Shown here piece after piece: positions 40,430 to 53,450 of a stretch of DNA of 64,000 nucleotides. The notes beneath the pieces are model-generated. The model did no database searches. It saw only the letters and a program-made list of their open reading frames with translations, and was not told where the DNA came from. The position numbers and the translations under genes were made by a program. The stretch lies in contig NC_092676.1 of NCBI RefSeq assembly GCF_964355755.1, forward strand, positions 16,758,871 to 16,822,870, written 5' to 3'. Position 1 is the first letter of the stretch, and every line of letters starts with the position of its first letter. The stretch is from Antedon mediterranea. Taxonomy: Eukaryota > Animalia > Echinodermata.

Positions 40430-41175
40430 ATATTTCATAATCTTGATATCTTAACATATTCATTAACATGTTCATTTCTTAGAGTATTTATTTCTTAGAG
40501 TATTCATTTTTCTTAACGTATTCTTTCTTAACACATTCATTTTCTCTAACATTTATTCATTTCTTAACATAGGTCATAATTTAAGCAAAATAATTTCTTA
40601 ACGTAATCATATTTTTGCATATTTATTTCTTAGGGTAATCATATTTTAGCGTATTCATTTTTTGTATATTCATTTCTTAACATATTTATTTCTTAACCTT
40701 GTCATAATCATATTCATCATTTTCATTTCTTTACATGTTCATTTCATCATCATAAACTTAGGAGTGTTAATTCTTTGGTTATTTTTTAAGCATATTTAAT
40801 TCTTAACGTATCCATTTCTTAACGTATTCATTTTTTAACACATCCTTTTCTTGACAAATTCTTTTCTTAACGCGTGGCTTTCTTAACGTATTCATTATCA
40901 AAGTAGGCCTATATTCACTTCTTAACATATTAATTCCTTAACATAGATATAATCTTAGCGTGTATCATTTCTTAACATATTTATTTCTTAACGTAACTAT
41001 CTATTTCTTAACACATTCTTTTCTTAATGCATTCTTTTCTTTACGCATTCATTTCTTAACGTATTCATTTTCGAAGTAAAAGCCTATTCATGGTTCTTTT
41101 TATAATTATAATCTTAGCGTGATTGTTTTCTTAACATATATTCATTTCTTAACTATTCATTTATTAGCATATTAA
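40430..41175. repeat. Degenerate AT-rich tandem repeat (~16-18 bp unit attcatttcttaacRt)
   Basis: Recurrent tttcttaac motif throughout. Confidence 0.8.
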
Positions 41176-41208
41176 CGTCCAGTGAAGTGTTTCGTTTTAT
41201 TGATATTT

Positions 41209-42450
41209 TTAGTATTTCCTGATTTGTTGTTTCATAATTGGTTGTGTTTCAGCTCTATTTTGTACCCTTTGCAATTTTAAAATATGGGCGTTTGAACCAG
41301 TACCCCAGACTGTTGAACAATAGTCAATATGTGATAAAAATAGAGCATTGTATAATCTTTTAATAATTTTAGGAGATGTAAAACTTTTCAATCTATAAAA
41401 CAGATGTAGAATTTTTGATAGTTTTGCACATATAGAATAAATATGTACTTTCCATGAAAGTTGTTCATCAAATGTAAGTCCCAAATATTTGAACGTTTCA
41501 ACTTTCTCAATCGGAATGTTATCAAAAATTACTGTTTCATCTGTTGTTTTATTAACACGTGCATGAGTACCAAAAAGCATGTATTTGGTTTTATCAATGT
41601 TTAGAGTTAATTTATGTTTATCTAACCATTGTTTTACATTTTCTAACTGTTCAGTTAAAACTGTTGTAAGCTCTTCATTTGATTTACATGCATAAAAAAG
41701 TGCAGTGTCGTCTGCATAGAGGACTGTTTTACAAATCCCATCAACACTATCATGTAAGTCATTTATGTATAAAATAAACAACAAAGAGCCAAGAATTGAG
41801 CCTTGTGGTACCCCATAGTTGACATTTAAAATTTCAGATTTTTTTCCATTAAAATTAACAAATTGTTTGCGATTTTTTAAATAATTACTGAACCCTGCAA
41901 GCTCAGTGTTTATCATTCCAAAGGTGTATAATTTACGTAATAAAATATCGTGGTCTACCGTATCAAACGCCTTTTTTAGGTCAAGAAAAATTGCTCCAGT
42001 TACCAAGCCATTATCAATATTTTTATATATATAATTGCATACATCTATCAGTGGAGTAGAAGTTGAATGTAACGACCTAAAACCAGATTGCTTTTAACAT
42101 AATAAATTAAACTCATTTATATGATTCATAACTTGATTATGGATGCATCTTTCAAAAACTTTCATAACAATAGGTATAACAGATATTGGACGGTAGTTGT
42201 TAAGTTCATGTTTACATCCTCCTTTATAAAGCGGAGTAACCTTAGCACATTTCCATTCACTTGGAATAACACCAGATCTTAATGACCAGTTAAACAAAAA
42301 GGCAAGACTTTGAGAAATTTGTGAAGATGCAATGTTAAGTAACCTAGCGGAAATCCCATCAATTCCAGTAGCTTTTCCAATTTCTAACTTTTCCAACAAA
42401 GCTTCAATTTCATTTCCATTAATATCTTTAAAGTTGAAACGACAATGTCG
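41209..42450 (-). mobile_element. Truncated non-LTR retrotransposon (L2/CR1-group) reverse transcriptase
   Basis: KATGIDGIS, NNYRPISVIP, QSGFR, FLDLKKAFDTVDH, GVPQGSILG, LYADDT, FKYLG. One in-frame stop at 42094-42096; truncated at both ends. Confidence 0.95.
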
Positions 42451-42599
42451 TGTAGAATAGTTATGTAGCGAATGGTTTTAGTAAATATAATGGGCCTTGT
42501 AGGCACCAGTTTATATCTTCAACTTTGATTAAATTTAAATTACGGAACAGGGGGATGAATGTGAGCGAGGTGGAGAGCCAGTTATAATCCTGATAGCCT

Positions 42600-42910
42600 T
42601 TGTTTGAAATCCGACCGTCGTGCCTATCTACAAAATATTGGACAAGGTTTTCACATCTCGTCATATCTTACATGACCAGATGTGTATAACAAGACCATTG
42701 GATTTATTAGATCCATCTCTGGCCAGATCTGTCCAACAGTACAGTAATCCTACTGAAACTGTACAAAGCACTTGTTCTGCCTCTACTCGTGTATTGTTGC
42801 ATTGTATACCCATATCGCTCTAGGACAATATACAGAGAAGGGCAACTCTAATTATTTTGCATCGACGTCGACTTCAACAGTCATATAACCGGAGACTTCT
42901 TCGGCCAGAA
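42600..42910 (+). mobile_element. Second decayed LINE (CR1/L2-type) C-terminal fragment
   Basis: Remnants KTIGFIRS, LLKLYKALVLPLLVYC, IQRRAT across frameshifts. Confidence 0.65.
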
Positions 42911-44204
42911 ATGATGGAATTTAAATGAGGCCTACCTCAGCGATTTTATAAGAATCCTATTTGTATGTAAAGCATTGCACATGAACAATGAATAGGCCTA
43001 CTGATTAATATTAACTATCCAGGAAACATTTAAAAGGCTCTGACTGATTACTTACATGTACTATAGTTGTATTATCCAATACTTCACATCTTAATTCTAT
43101 TAATGACCAATTAATATTGTATTATTGACATGTTTTAACTGCCGACTGATTGACAGAGTTCAACGTGCATGTCCCTCTAATGCACGTTGTAACTTTCTGA
43201 TGCGCACAATCACAATTTTTCTTTAGAGTCTTTTTTATTTTCGTAAAATCTTGACTTTTTTACAGTCAATAAAGTTCCATATCCAGTATTGCTTTAATTT
43301 TTTAGCTTACATATATTTAAAAGTGAAGGATACTTCGTGTATAACAAAATTAACGGCCGTAAATAGTTCCAAAGTATATTCTTGACGATTTATTTTTATT
43401 TTTACTTTTATTATACTTACTCATCTCATGCGAACTAGTATATTATTAGTCCGGTGGCGGGGGTAGGTATAACCACATGAAAAGGGACAAATTGCCATCC
43501 AACTTTTCTAGACCAGACAAGATTACGAATCTGGAAGGTAATTGATCAGGATAGGAAGCGTTTTCGAGATATAAAAGGTCAAAGTTCAAAATTGACCAAT
43601 TACAACAATGTATTATATATATGTATTAAAACCAATTTATTTTAACACAATTTGGTCTTTTCTTAAATTGTTATGATTATATGTATCTATTCAATCACCT
43701 TATGATAAAAAAAATCCTTCGCGATTAAGGGTCAAATGTCAATATTGACCAATCATAGAACTTACCTATAAAACCAAATAAAAACTAACAATTAACATAA
43801 CATTTGATGTTTGCTCATCCTGTTAATCAATACATCATTTAAAAGAGCACATACATAATTTCATCAGTTGACATAAGGTCAAAGGTTAACATTTCAATAT
43901 GCGTATTAGGTAGTCTGTACTAAATAAATGCAAAGTTGTCAAAACTATGCCATTTTCATTATATTATTTGTAATAGTATCTGCCCTTCTGTCTCCTGTAC
44001 AGGTAAGATATAATGATTATTCATGTTTTAAAAATAAATACCGTAGTAGGGACAGAATGATGTGTAGAGTGGGTCTTTTTTTTTATTCAAGAAATGCTGT
44101 AGAGTGAGGTACAATAATATATTATATTAGTATAGCATTTCAACGATCATTGCTCATTGCGCTGTTGCACTTTTCAAACATGCTTGACATCCATCAGTGC
44201 TGCA

Positions 44205-44403
44205 AATTCTGTTCAAAACTAAGAATACTAGTACACCAGCGGAGAATCCGTTCCCCGAAAAGTACAATGTTCTTCAAAGAGCAGCCTTTTTTGCACACGG
44301 GCCTACGGGTTATAGGCTTAGCCCTTACCACCACAGTTAGCCTCGAACCCTTGTCATAAAGCTATATTACTAGGGTTTCACTCTCTTAGCCGCTCGGCCA
44401 CTC
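44205..44403 (-). mobile_element. tRNA-derived SINE
   Basis: Minus strand agtggccgagcggctaagag (A box), ggttcgagg (B box), then taacccgtaggcccgtgtgca..ctttgaagaac resembling 56305-56360. Confidence 0.65.
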
Positions 44404-45528
44404 ACTCTTAAATTCAAATTAAACACACCACGAGCTAGATTAAAGATTAAAAGCAATCCGTTTTCTAAACACCAACCAACATTGCCTTGTAAAAGAATCT
44501 AACATCTAACATCAATCTAATATGTAAGTAATAATACCCAAACGTTCTACGCTAAGTAAATGATAGATATCAACACCATGCTTTAAATTATCTTATACAG
44601 TACTGTACCTACCATTATTCTGCAAAATTGGTTGTTTTTCCCTGTTCTGGTTTGCCATATCAAAATGATTTAATAATTGATGTGTATCACGAAGAACTGT
44701 CTGGACTCTGTATGTAACTGTATACACTAACTTTCACTATTTATTTAATTTAATAGAATATTCCAGTTGAATAAACCTATTATTACAAAAGCTTTCATCT
44801 TACATTTGGCTATTGTTAAACAACGTTATTAAGTTTTTTTTTAAACCAAGTTTAAGGTTGGAATTATATATTCATATATAAAGGTATGGGCAAACATATC
44901 TTGACTATTATTCCAAGGTATAGAACCCAGTGTTATTATTACCAAAGTTTATATGGCACTTAAAGAAGAAGTGAAGCGAAGAACAATATATATTTGTATA
45001 GCGTAGGCTTCGTCGAAGATGACTGTTCGTAACTTTAATCGTGAATCCGTGATAGGTATATACGTCCACATGAAGATATTCATAGATAATATAATGAAAA
45101 CAAGCACTAAAATTGGATTTCAACATATGTTTATTACTAGTTTTACTTGATCTACATTTTAATCAGAACAAAATTTACTCTTGGTCATATTTAAGTTTAA
45201 CAGCAATAATAACAGGGTAATTATTTATAAATTCTGTATTTATTTAGACTACTGTAATTGTATAATGAAGTTACGAATGAATGACTCTGAATGGGTAATT
45301 TAGGCAAATGTTCGTCCATAAGAGAATTAATTCATGGTTAAAGGAGAGAGATATAAAAGTAATACCTCCCTGGTTAAAGCTTGCAATACTGTTCAGTCTT
45401 TGTGTGGAGTTGTTTTCTGTTATAAGAAAAAAAATTCTGAAATATGACGTGATTTGAACTTAATTAAGGCAATGGGATTTGTAGCCGAGTATCTAATCAA
45501 GTTAAGTAGGCCTAATATTAAAGGTGTT

Positions 45529-48500
45529 TTACCAATAGCAAGTTAATCTGCATACGTAACTGCATCCATAATACGAACAATAATAACCACATCTAACGTA
45601 ACAATCGCGTTTCTCACGCGTTTCCTGCTCTTCAAATTCAGCATGCACTTCAGACCAAAGTATGTTTTTTACACCGTTACAAACGCGTTTCATTTGATCA
45701 GTTGCTGTGTGACTAAAGTACTGTTTGTTAATTTCTGAGACTGATTCCAATCTGTATTTAAACAGCTCTGAAGGAGATCCATGCTCCTGTGTAGAAAATA
45801 AATTAGAAATACGGAATAATTGTATACAAAATAAAGTATGTAGGCTTAATTTGTTTGTCGAATAAACGAGTTAAACATTGTTACAGTTCCCGTATAGATT
45901 ACACTTTCCTACGAAAGCTTTCGAATAAATAATAATAATAACCTCAGAATGACCGTGATTATTAGTAAGTGTGGTTAAATCATTTTATGGTAAAAAGGAA
46001 ACCGATTTTTGCTATCCATAAATTACTAATAATGTTGGTATTTTGTTATTCCACAGTTAATTTAGCAAAACAATATTGATCAAGAAGTAGTAGTTTTGCT
46101 CATACAATGTACAGTAATTTATGATTAATAATTCATTCGTTAATGTTTTTTTTATTCGGACATTGAAAATAAAATAATACAATGCAAGCAAAAATAGAAT
46201 AGGCCAAAATTAGCATGCACGCTTTATGAAACCCTTCCCACGAAACAGAAAAAGAATCAAACCTAAAACATACCGTAAAAAAAGACGGCAAAAAGTAAAT
46301 AACAAGTTTTATAAATATATCTATATATAAATTTACGTAAGGGCAAAATTCGGTAAATCGCGCCTTACTTCTAGAATTTTTACTCGATGGTATATAAAGT
46401 TGGTTCGTACTTTCGGTACTGATTTTAAGCACCTGATGTAACCCTGTTTACTAATTAAATTAAGTTAGATAATAAGTTATTGACGGTTAAAACGAATTTA
46501 GGTTCCAAGATTTGCCCCAAATAGGGGTGTTTTCCGATCGTGGTATACACTGTCTAATGGATGTCCATCTTGAAAAATACCCGCCACAAAAATGCGAGGA
46601 GGCTTCGCATTTTCCTATCTCCTCCTACGATAATTGTTTTTAATAGCTGAAAACCGGTTGAACAGCTAGAGTACACCATCATAATGTTGAAGACAGGCCG
46701 ATTTTCTTTAAAAAATACTATTTTGATAGATTTAATATACGATTATACAAATCTATTGATTTGCGATGAATGGAACATCCCAATCTCTCAGTCTGCCAGA
46801 GTTTGGTTTAACACAAGTACTGTAGGTAAATTTATGAGCCCTTGGTTTAACACATACGGTAGGTAAATATATGGGCCCTTTGAGAATAAACTTGCGAGAT
46901 TGTGGATAGGCTCTACTGTTAGATATATAAACACATTATTATATACAAATAAACTTTATACTGACAGTTCTTTCTCAACGTTTGTATTAATTAATAATTA
47001 CCAAATATAAACGTCGTAGTGGTGTATCGTGACATGGTACTTTAATATTTCAATCGATTATGACAGTGACAGTTTTAACTAAACTAAATAAAGAATGTTC
47101 TCTAATATAATTAGGAATCTCTTGCTATACACGGGGAAAATTAGTGTACAATGAATATTTAAAATAAATAAATAAATAAATAAAATAAAAAAAGTATTAA
47201 ATCGCAAATGTTTTACTGTATTTAGAGGTATATTATTTATAGGCCTATAAAACATGAAAAAAATATTTCGTTACTGAGTGGATAAAGAATATATTTAAAA
47301 ATTGTTCCTCTTTGTACCTATCCGCTTTCCCATCCCTCAACCCTAATGTTACATACAAAACACAAATTGGGTTTCTTTAAATGAGTTCAAATCAAAAACT
47401 TGGACTCATTTTGTGATAAGTTTCTCCTTCGGAAGTAATTCCCAGGGTGCTAATTTTAGTTGACTACATAAATCATCGTGTCTATTTATTCGTTTCTGTA
47501 AACGACAATGTATAGGCCTATAGTCCTGCGGTACGTACATTTGAAATCGCCAGTTTTGTTACGCTGAAATTACTGTGTATTCGAGAACCATCTGTGGGCA
47601 CGACCTAGATGGTACGCGAGCGAAGCGAGCGTACCATCTAGTATTAATAAATAAAGTTATTGTGAGAGATTGTTTTAATATGATCTGATTCCAGGGAAGA
47701 TTAAAATTACACTCTTCCCTGGATTACACATTTGTGTTGTTGAATATGCCATTGGTGTTGATGTTCCATTGTAGTTATTCACTTTGACAAAAGAATCGAA
47801 AATGGATCTAAAAATGAATCTATTTAGATACCTGAAAACTGTAATTTAAAGCAAGAATATAGTCAAATTGGCTTCCTTCTAGCAAATTAATATAAACCAT
47901 ATGACGTACCAGTCTTGTTGCATTGTATTCTGCAAGGCTGGATATGTAACACTGATCATCATCTCCATATCTATGAACAAGGAGTCCCTGTAAGTGCAAA
48001 TTAGAAATACCAGTTTGTTATTTATCAATAAGCATACTACGTACGGTAGTTATACAAGCTTCTGATTATTCCCCTTCTACTCTAAATTCTTGAAATCCTG
48101 CATGGATGGTCCCGCAATTGTGCACGCGTGCCCGTGTAATTGTTGGAAAATAAATAATGTATGACGTTGGCTAAACTGACACATATGTCTACATAGTTCA
48201 TAGTTCATTGTATCGTTGTCCAAAAGGAAATACTGATGATGGTTAACAGTACTCCAAATAGTACCCGATTCTCCTTTAAAAAGAAAAGATGGTGCCTACT
48301 TACATGGGTGACATCTGTGAATACAGTCAATGCACCGTTTCCCCTTTGAGCCTCAACGTCAATAATCTGACCGTCATCAGTGTCTTCGATTGTCTCTACC
48401 AACTCTCCTCCGTCAACTTCAAACGTCTTTTGTTCCTTCTTCTCAACAATAATACATTTTTTCGTTTTCAGTATAACATTTGTTTTTAGATGGAACGGAC

Positions 48501-48936
48501 AACAACAAAAAATATTAAATATGTTTAGAATATTATATTTTTTCCAGCCTTTATGCCATTATTAAAAATCAGATAATATATACAATATTTGATTCTTTAA
48601 TTATTAATTAGATATTATTAAATATTTCAATTTTTAAAATATTTTCCTTCGTCGTTCCAAATTCATGAAATCATCAAAAATGTTACAGTTTGTTTCAAAA
48701 CCTATTTATATCATGAACATATGTGTAATTATGTGAACGATTGTTTGATTATAACGATACTTTTATCGCTCTTGCGAGAGAGCCTTCCGCATTGAAACCA
48801 ATGATATAATTAATAATTAAAAGACTACACAGTGTGATCTTACTTGGAACGGTTTTGAGGCAGGTGTTGGACTTGCTGATGCACCATACATACAACCAAT
48901 TAAAACGAATACACACATTAAATTTACTGCGTCCAT
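45529..48936 (-). CDS. Prepropeptide: signal peptide + BRICHOS-like domain + REKR site + 25-aa Cys/Tyr-rich beta-hairpin peptide (~188 aa; coding exons 48844-48936, 48304-48441, 47910-47987, 45529-45786)
   Basis: MDAVNLMCVFVLIGCMYGASA signal; ...ETIEDTDDGQIIDV...TVFTDVTHGLLVHRYGDDDQCYISSL...QMKRVCNGVKNILWS fits the BRICHOS D..G...R....CYI / C.G....W pattern; ends REKR-DCYVRCGYYCSYYGCSYVCRLTCYW*. All three introns are GT-AG, phase 0. Confidence 0.88.
46325..46695 (-). mobile_element. Interspersed repeat copy in the last intron of the BRICHOS gene
   Basis: Reverse complement of 11070-11445. Confidence 0.7.
47275..47642 (+). mobile_element. Non-autonomous Helitron-like element
   Basis: Ends in hairpin ctagatggtacgc-gagcgaagcga-gcgtaccatctag with terminal CTAG; second copy at 6890-7362. 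Confidence 0.7.
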
Positions 48937-50662
48937 TTTATATCGATCGATAACTGGTATACCTACAACAATAATACCAACACTTTAGTAACTAACAATA
49001 AAAACATAAAGCGCTCAGGAACTGAGACAACTTTGCAAAAATAGTCAATAGGCATGTTTGCAGCAAGAATAATAACTTAAAATTCTATATTCTATAGGCA
49101 TAGGACAAATTCCAAACCCCCCGGTAATACTGTATGTATGTAATAATTAATTTGAAACGATACGATGAGGAAATCTGTGAGAATGAAAAAAAGTCCCTCC
49201 AACCGAGATTCGATAATGCCTTAATATCAAATGAATCATATATTTACAACAACAGTAATATACTTTTGCTTTGCAAAGCATTTTGCCAAGAAAAAATGCT
49301 TTGTAAAAATGAACTGTATGAAAATTTGACAGTAAAATAATTCTTCTCAAAATAAATCATCTACCAAACGATGATGTCATAATATTTTAACATTGGAACA
49401 TTAACGATAAGAAATAAAATTGTTTGATGATCACAAATGTAATTTCATACCACTGTCTCAAACCTATAAACATGTTGCACTCAAAATACATAAAATCATC
49501 GTTGTTATAACCTAAATAAGACTGTTATTATACTTTAAAAAAAAAATTGATATTCATATTTCTCTACAGCTCACCATGTCGGTCGGTTGGTCGGATGGTC
49601 GGTCAAGTCAGTAGTAAACACTAACTCACATTTGAGCACGCGACTGCAGCCATGATATGGCCTTGTTAATACGAGTGACGAATTTGTAACCATTCGATTT
49701 TAACTTAAAAGATGTTTTAATGTTAGGCTACTGTATATATACTTTTACATTTTTGTCTTTCTTTGTCAGTTGAGGCATGCATAGTCTATTAAGACTGACG
49801 CATGACAAACAATGGTGTACCGTATGTATCTTTTTAATCAGAATTGCTGTCAACCAACATTTATTAGTATTATAACAAAGCCAATAAAGTGTCTTGTATA
49901 ACTTAAATAATAACTTTTTCTATTATAAATCGTTCTTCCATAATATATAGCAATAGTTAAACAAAACAATTATTATTACATTGAATTGAGGAGCGATAAT
50001 ATAAAATCCACAAAACAGTTAAAATTACAGAAATCACTGAAAAAGTTTTTAAAACTAAATCACGATCTAAAAATTGATACCAATTTATAGGCTACCAAAT
50101 ACAAGTTAAGCATTACCGTTGAATTTATGAAAATATGTGTTATTGTATAGAAATATCCAATTAAAACAATAAATATTTATAAATAAAATGTCTTGAATTA
50201 TTTAGTTATTACAGTATTATCAAGTTTATTATTTGTATTGTGTATTATAATAGTTCCATTTTATTATTTTGTAGGCTTCATTGATGTTTTATTTTGGCCT
50301 TCTATGCATATGCCAATGTTTTATGGTATGAAATAAAAATGTAGGCCTACACATAATTATCTTTTACCTTTATCATTGTCATATAATAGGTGAGTCCCGT
50401 ACATTCTGAACATAGGAGATAATGAGCTGTTAGTAGCTCATGTAGGCCTTATAAGCATCATCATTATATTGTTGTAGGTTCCCAGTTCCCCTACGTCTTC
50501 TTATCCTGGACCCCCTGGTATTTATATATGATAGTCAAGTGCCCTAACCACTCGCCAACCGCAAATCCACTACCCCGTTCAGGATACATAAAACGCAACT
50601 TTTAAAAATATAAAATGTATAATATATTGAAACAGAACGAAAATAAATTAAAAGAAACTTAC

Positions 50663-50967
50663 CTTTTGTACGACTTTCTTGTGATTGGGCCCAAAAAAAT
50701 TAATTATGTGATAAATAGTGTCTGCAAGTCTTTATATACATCTCAGTCTAGATAAGAATGCGGAAATAATTACAATTAACTTATAAGATGACCAACGGAG
50801 GCGAAGGTGTTCTAATACTTTTATTTTTTTTCAGAAATATAAGGTAAGCTGATGATAGATGCGGCGCTGTTAGCAAGGTAAACTTAATCCCACCTGTCGC
50901 CACAGGTAACTGATCCAGGTTCTCATAATTGAACAAAAACATATTCCAAAATGTTTGGGAAATTCCC
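50663..50967 (-). promoter_or_regulatory. Putative promoter and non-coding first exon of the BRICHOS-peptide gene
   Basis: TATATAAAG (50730-50738, minus strand), AAG|GTAAGT donor at 50663/50662, acceptor at 48963 just before the ATG, palindromic GGGAAATTCCC at 50957-50967. Confidence 0.65.
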
Positions 50968-51419
50968 TTTTTGTCCAGTGTTTCGAGAAGAATTTTGTTT
51001 ACTTGTCCATAAGTAGGCCTATTACAACCTGAGATACTCAGATATCTACAAATAGCATTGGTTATGGATTTGTTATTGCTACATTTTCATTTTACTTACA
51101 CTGTAATTTGAAATGATTATAATATTTATTTATTTAAAAACTTAAATTATTATTATTATTATTATAAATTGTAATATCTACAGCCTAATTGTAATTTTTT
51201 CAGTAATTTTCGTTTGGATTTATATAAATATGGTCCTGTTTCGTTTAAGAACTATCATACCTTAACTAAAAAGGAAAGACTAAAACTACAGAATAGGTAA
51301 AATATCAATATTATGAAAAAATTATTTTAAAAATGTTATCACCACCAGCGAACTATTAACAAATAATGTATTTTGATTGTTGGAAGGTTTGCATGATGAC
51401 ACAAATTTGCGCACGTGAC

Positions 51420-51579
51420 TGCAGCCATGTATATGGCCTTGTTTATATTATAAAGTTTGCGGTACACCCCGAATATTAGTTCTAAAAAGAACCATTGCGT
51501 TACCGTAGAAACTCCACAATTTATTTCGGTGGTGTACCGCAAACCGTATAATATAAACAAGGCCATATACATGGCTGCA
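51420..51579. repeat. Palindrome with ~55-bp arms
   Basis: tgcagccatgtatatggccttgtttatattat..tttgcggtacacc ... ggtgtaccgcaaa..ataatataaacaaggccatatacatggctgca. Confidence 0.85.
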
Positions 51580-53154
51580 CTTAAAATATGTAGATTATAG
51601 TAATGGCTACGTTAATGTTAAATAGCAAATCATGTGCGCAGATAAATGTATAAATTAAGGCATACTGTACATAATTGAATAGTTGAATTTTTCATGACAC
51701 CATTTCTTCCTTTCTTCTTCTTTTTTTATTTTTTTTCTCATTCAATTACAAACTTCGCGTATTTATCAATTTAGTTACTACTCTAAACGGATAAGAATAA
51801 TGTAAGCATGTTACATAATTCACTGATTATGTTTAGGCCTAAATAACATAGTATAAAACTGACTCTAAACAACGAGAGGAAAGCCATGATTCAATGTTGA
51901 ATCATGCTTGCCTGTCGTTATTTATTTAGAGTCAGTGTTATAGAGCCTACTATAGATATGATATGATAGTTTGAATATGAGTTAATACCCAGAAGTCAAC
52001 TGATTTGTATGCTTTTTGGCCCTGGAATTGAATAATACGTGATCATGAAGACATTTTAAACACTTTCCCTGGTGAGAGTTATGATACGGAACTACAAGGT
52101 TTGGAGTTTGGAACCACGGGGTACAAAATCAAATTAAATTTCAAACTTTAGGGGAACTTCCCTTCGAGGAGGAATTTTAATTGTTCAAACTAGTCAAATG
52201 CAAAATGTAAAATCCATTACAGTAACTTACAATTACAACAAAAAACAACCAGAAAATAGTATGCCACACACAAACACAACGTACATAATAATTTGAATGA
52301 ACGTCTTGAATGTTTTATTGTGTAAGTACATGGCATTGAAATACTTACATTTGTTTTTATTTTGTAACATTAATTAATAACTGTCTTGGCCAGATTGATT
52401 TAATAATGTAGGCCATGACTACGTGATCTGTTATTTCGCTTCATTTTGATAGTGTTTGAAATATAATAATTTGTTTAATATCTGCATATTTCAAGCAGAA
52501 GGTTCAGAGTTCAATTGATCGTTCCACACCCCTCCATAGGAGCTCAATATTTTGGGAGGTAAATGTTGACATCCATACCTACCAGAATCAAGTGAAATTA
52601 GCTTCTTTTAAATGCTTTCACAGATTAAACCTTATATAGCGATTACATGCAGTCTAAGACGAATATGATTATGCATACTCTCTAGTACAAAGTTCGTTCA
52701 AAGGCCCAAAGTTTTGCGGTAGAAGATAGTGGGAAATGATTGCAGAGTGTGGCCGCATTTTGTTTCTTACTAGTAGTTTTTTTGTGTCATTAGAAAGCGA
52801 AAAAGAGCGTCACACACTACATTAATTGTCCCTGGTATGTGTCTAGCTGTTAGGTGGTGGACGTTGCTGAGAAGCAAGGTTAGGACAATGGCCCGGAGTA
52901 GACTTATGTACAGTAGGCCTACATGATGATACGCTTTGTAGAAGATTTCTTGTTTAAAACATGTACATTGTCGAGCTTGTCACTGTAATAGACGATTTGG
53001 GTGAAAAAAAGTTTATTATTGCTAACATTGCCTTGTGATATTTTGACTAATTAAGAAGAGGTTTGGTAGGTCCTCAAAAGGGCCATCACCTGCTTCAACA
53101 GACTGATTGGCGGAGTCGAGGGGTAGGATAGTACTGTTTAGGGGGAAGTGAGGC

Positions 53155-53450
53155 CACAATCAGTAGGCCGCCTACAATTCCACCACGGAACACCATATCC
53201 AATCAGTAGGCCACCTATAATTCCACCACGGAATACCAGCCAATCAGTAGGCCGCCTATAATTCCACCACCGAACACCATATCCAATCAGTAGGCCGCCT
53301 ATAATTTCTCCACGGAACACCATCCAACCAGTAGGCCGCCTTTAATTCCAGCACGGAACACCATATCCAATCAGTAGGCCGCCTATAATTCCACCACGGA
53401 ACACCATATGCAATCAGTAGGCCGCCTATAATTTCACCATATTCAATCAG
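53155..53450. repeat. ~40-44 bp GC-richer minisatellite, ~7 copies
   Basis: Unit ccaatcagtaggccgcctataattccaccacggaacaccatat. Confidence 0.92.

Noticed and set aside
44340-44403. tRNA gene
   Set aside because: Only A/B boxes with no convincing cloverleaf; continues into a SINE body.
6890-47642. Two repeat pairs (6890/47275 and 11070/46325) in nested inverted order, suggesting one 40-kb element or inversion
   Set aside because: The spacing differs greatly and the intervening sequences are unrelated; independent interspersed copies explain it.
47705-47832. Extra exon in the BRICHOS gene
   Set aside because: The acceptor at 47832 gives an immediate in-frame stop; exons 3 and 4 already join in frame.
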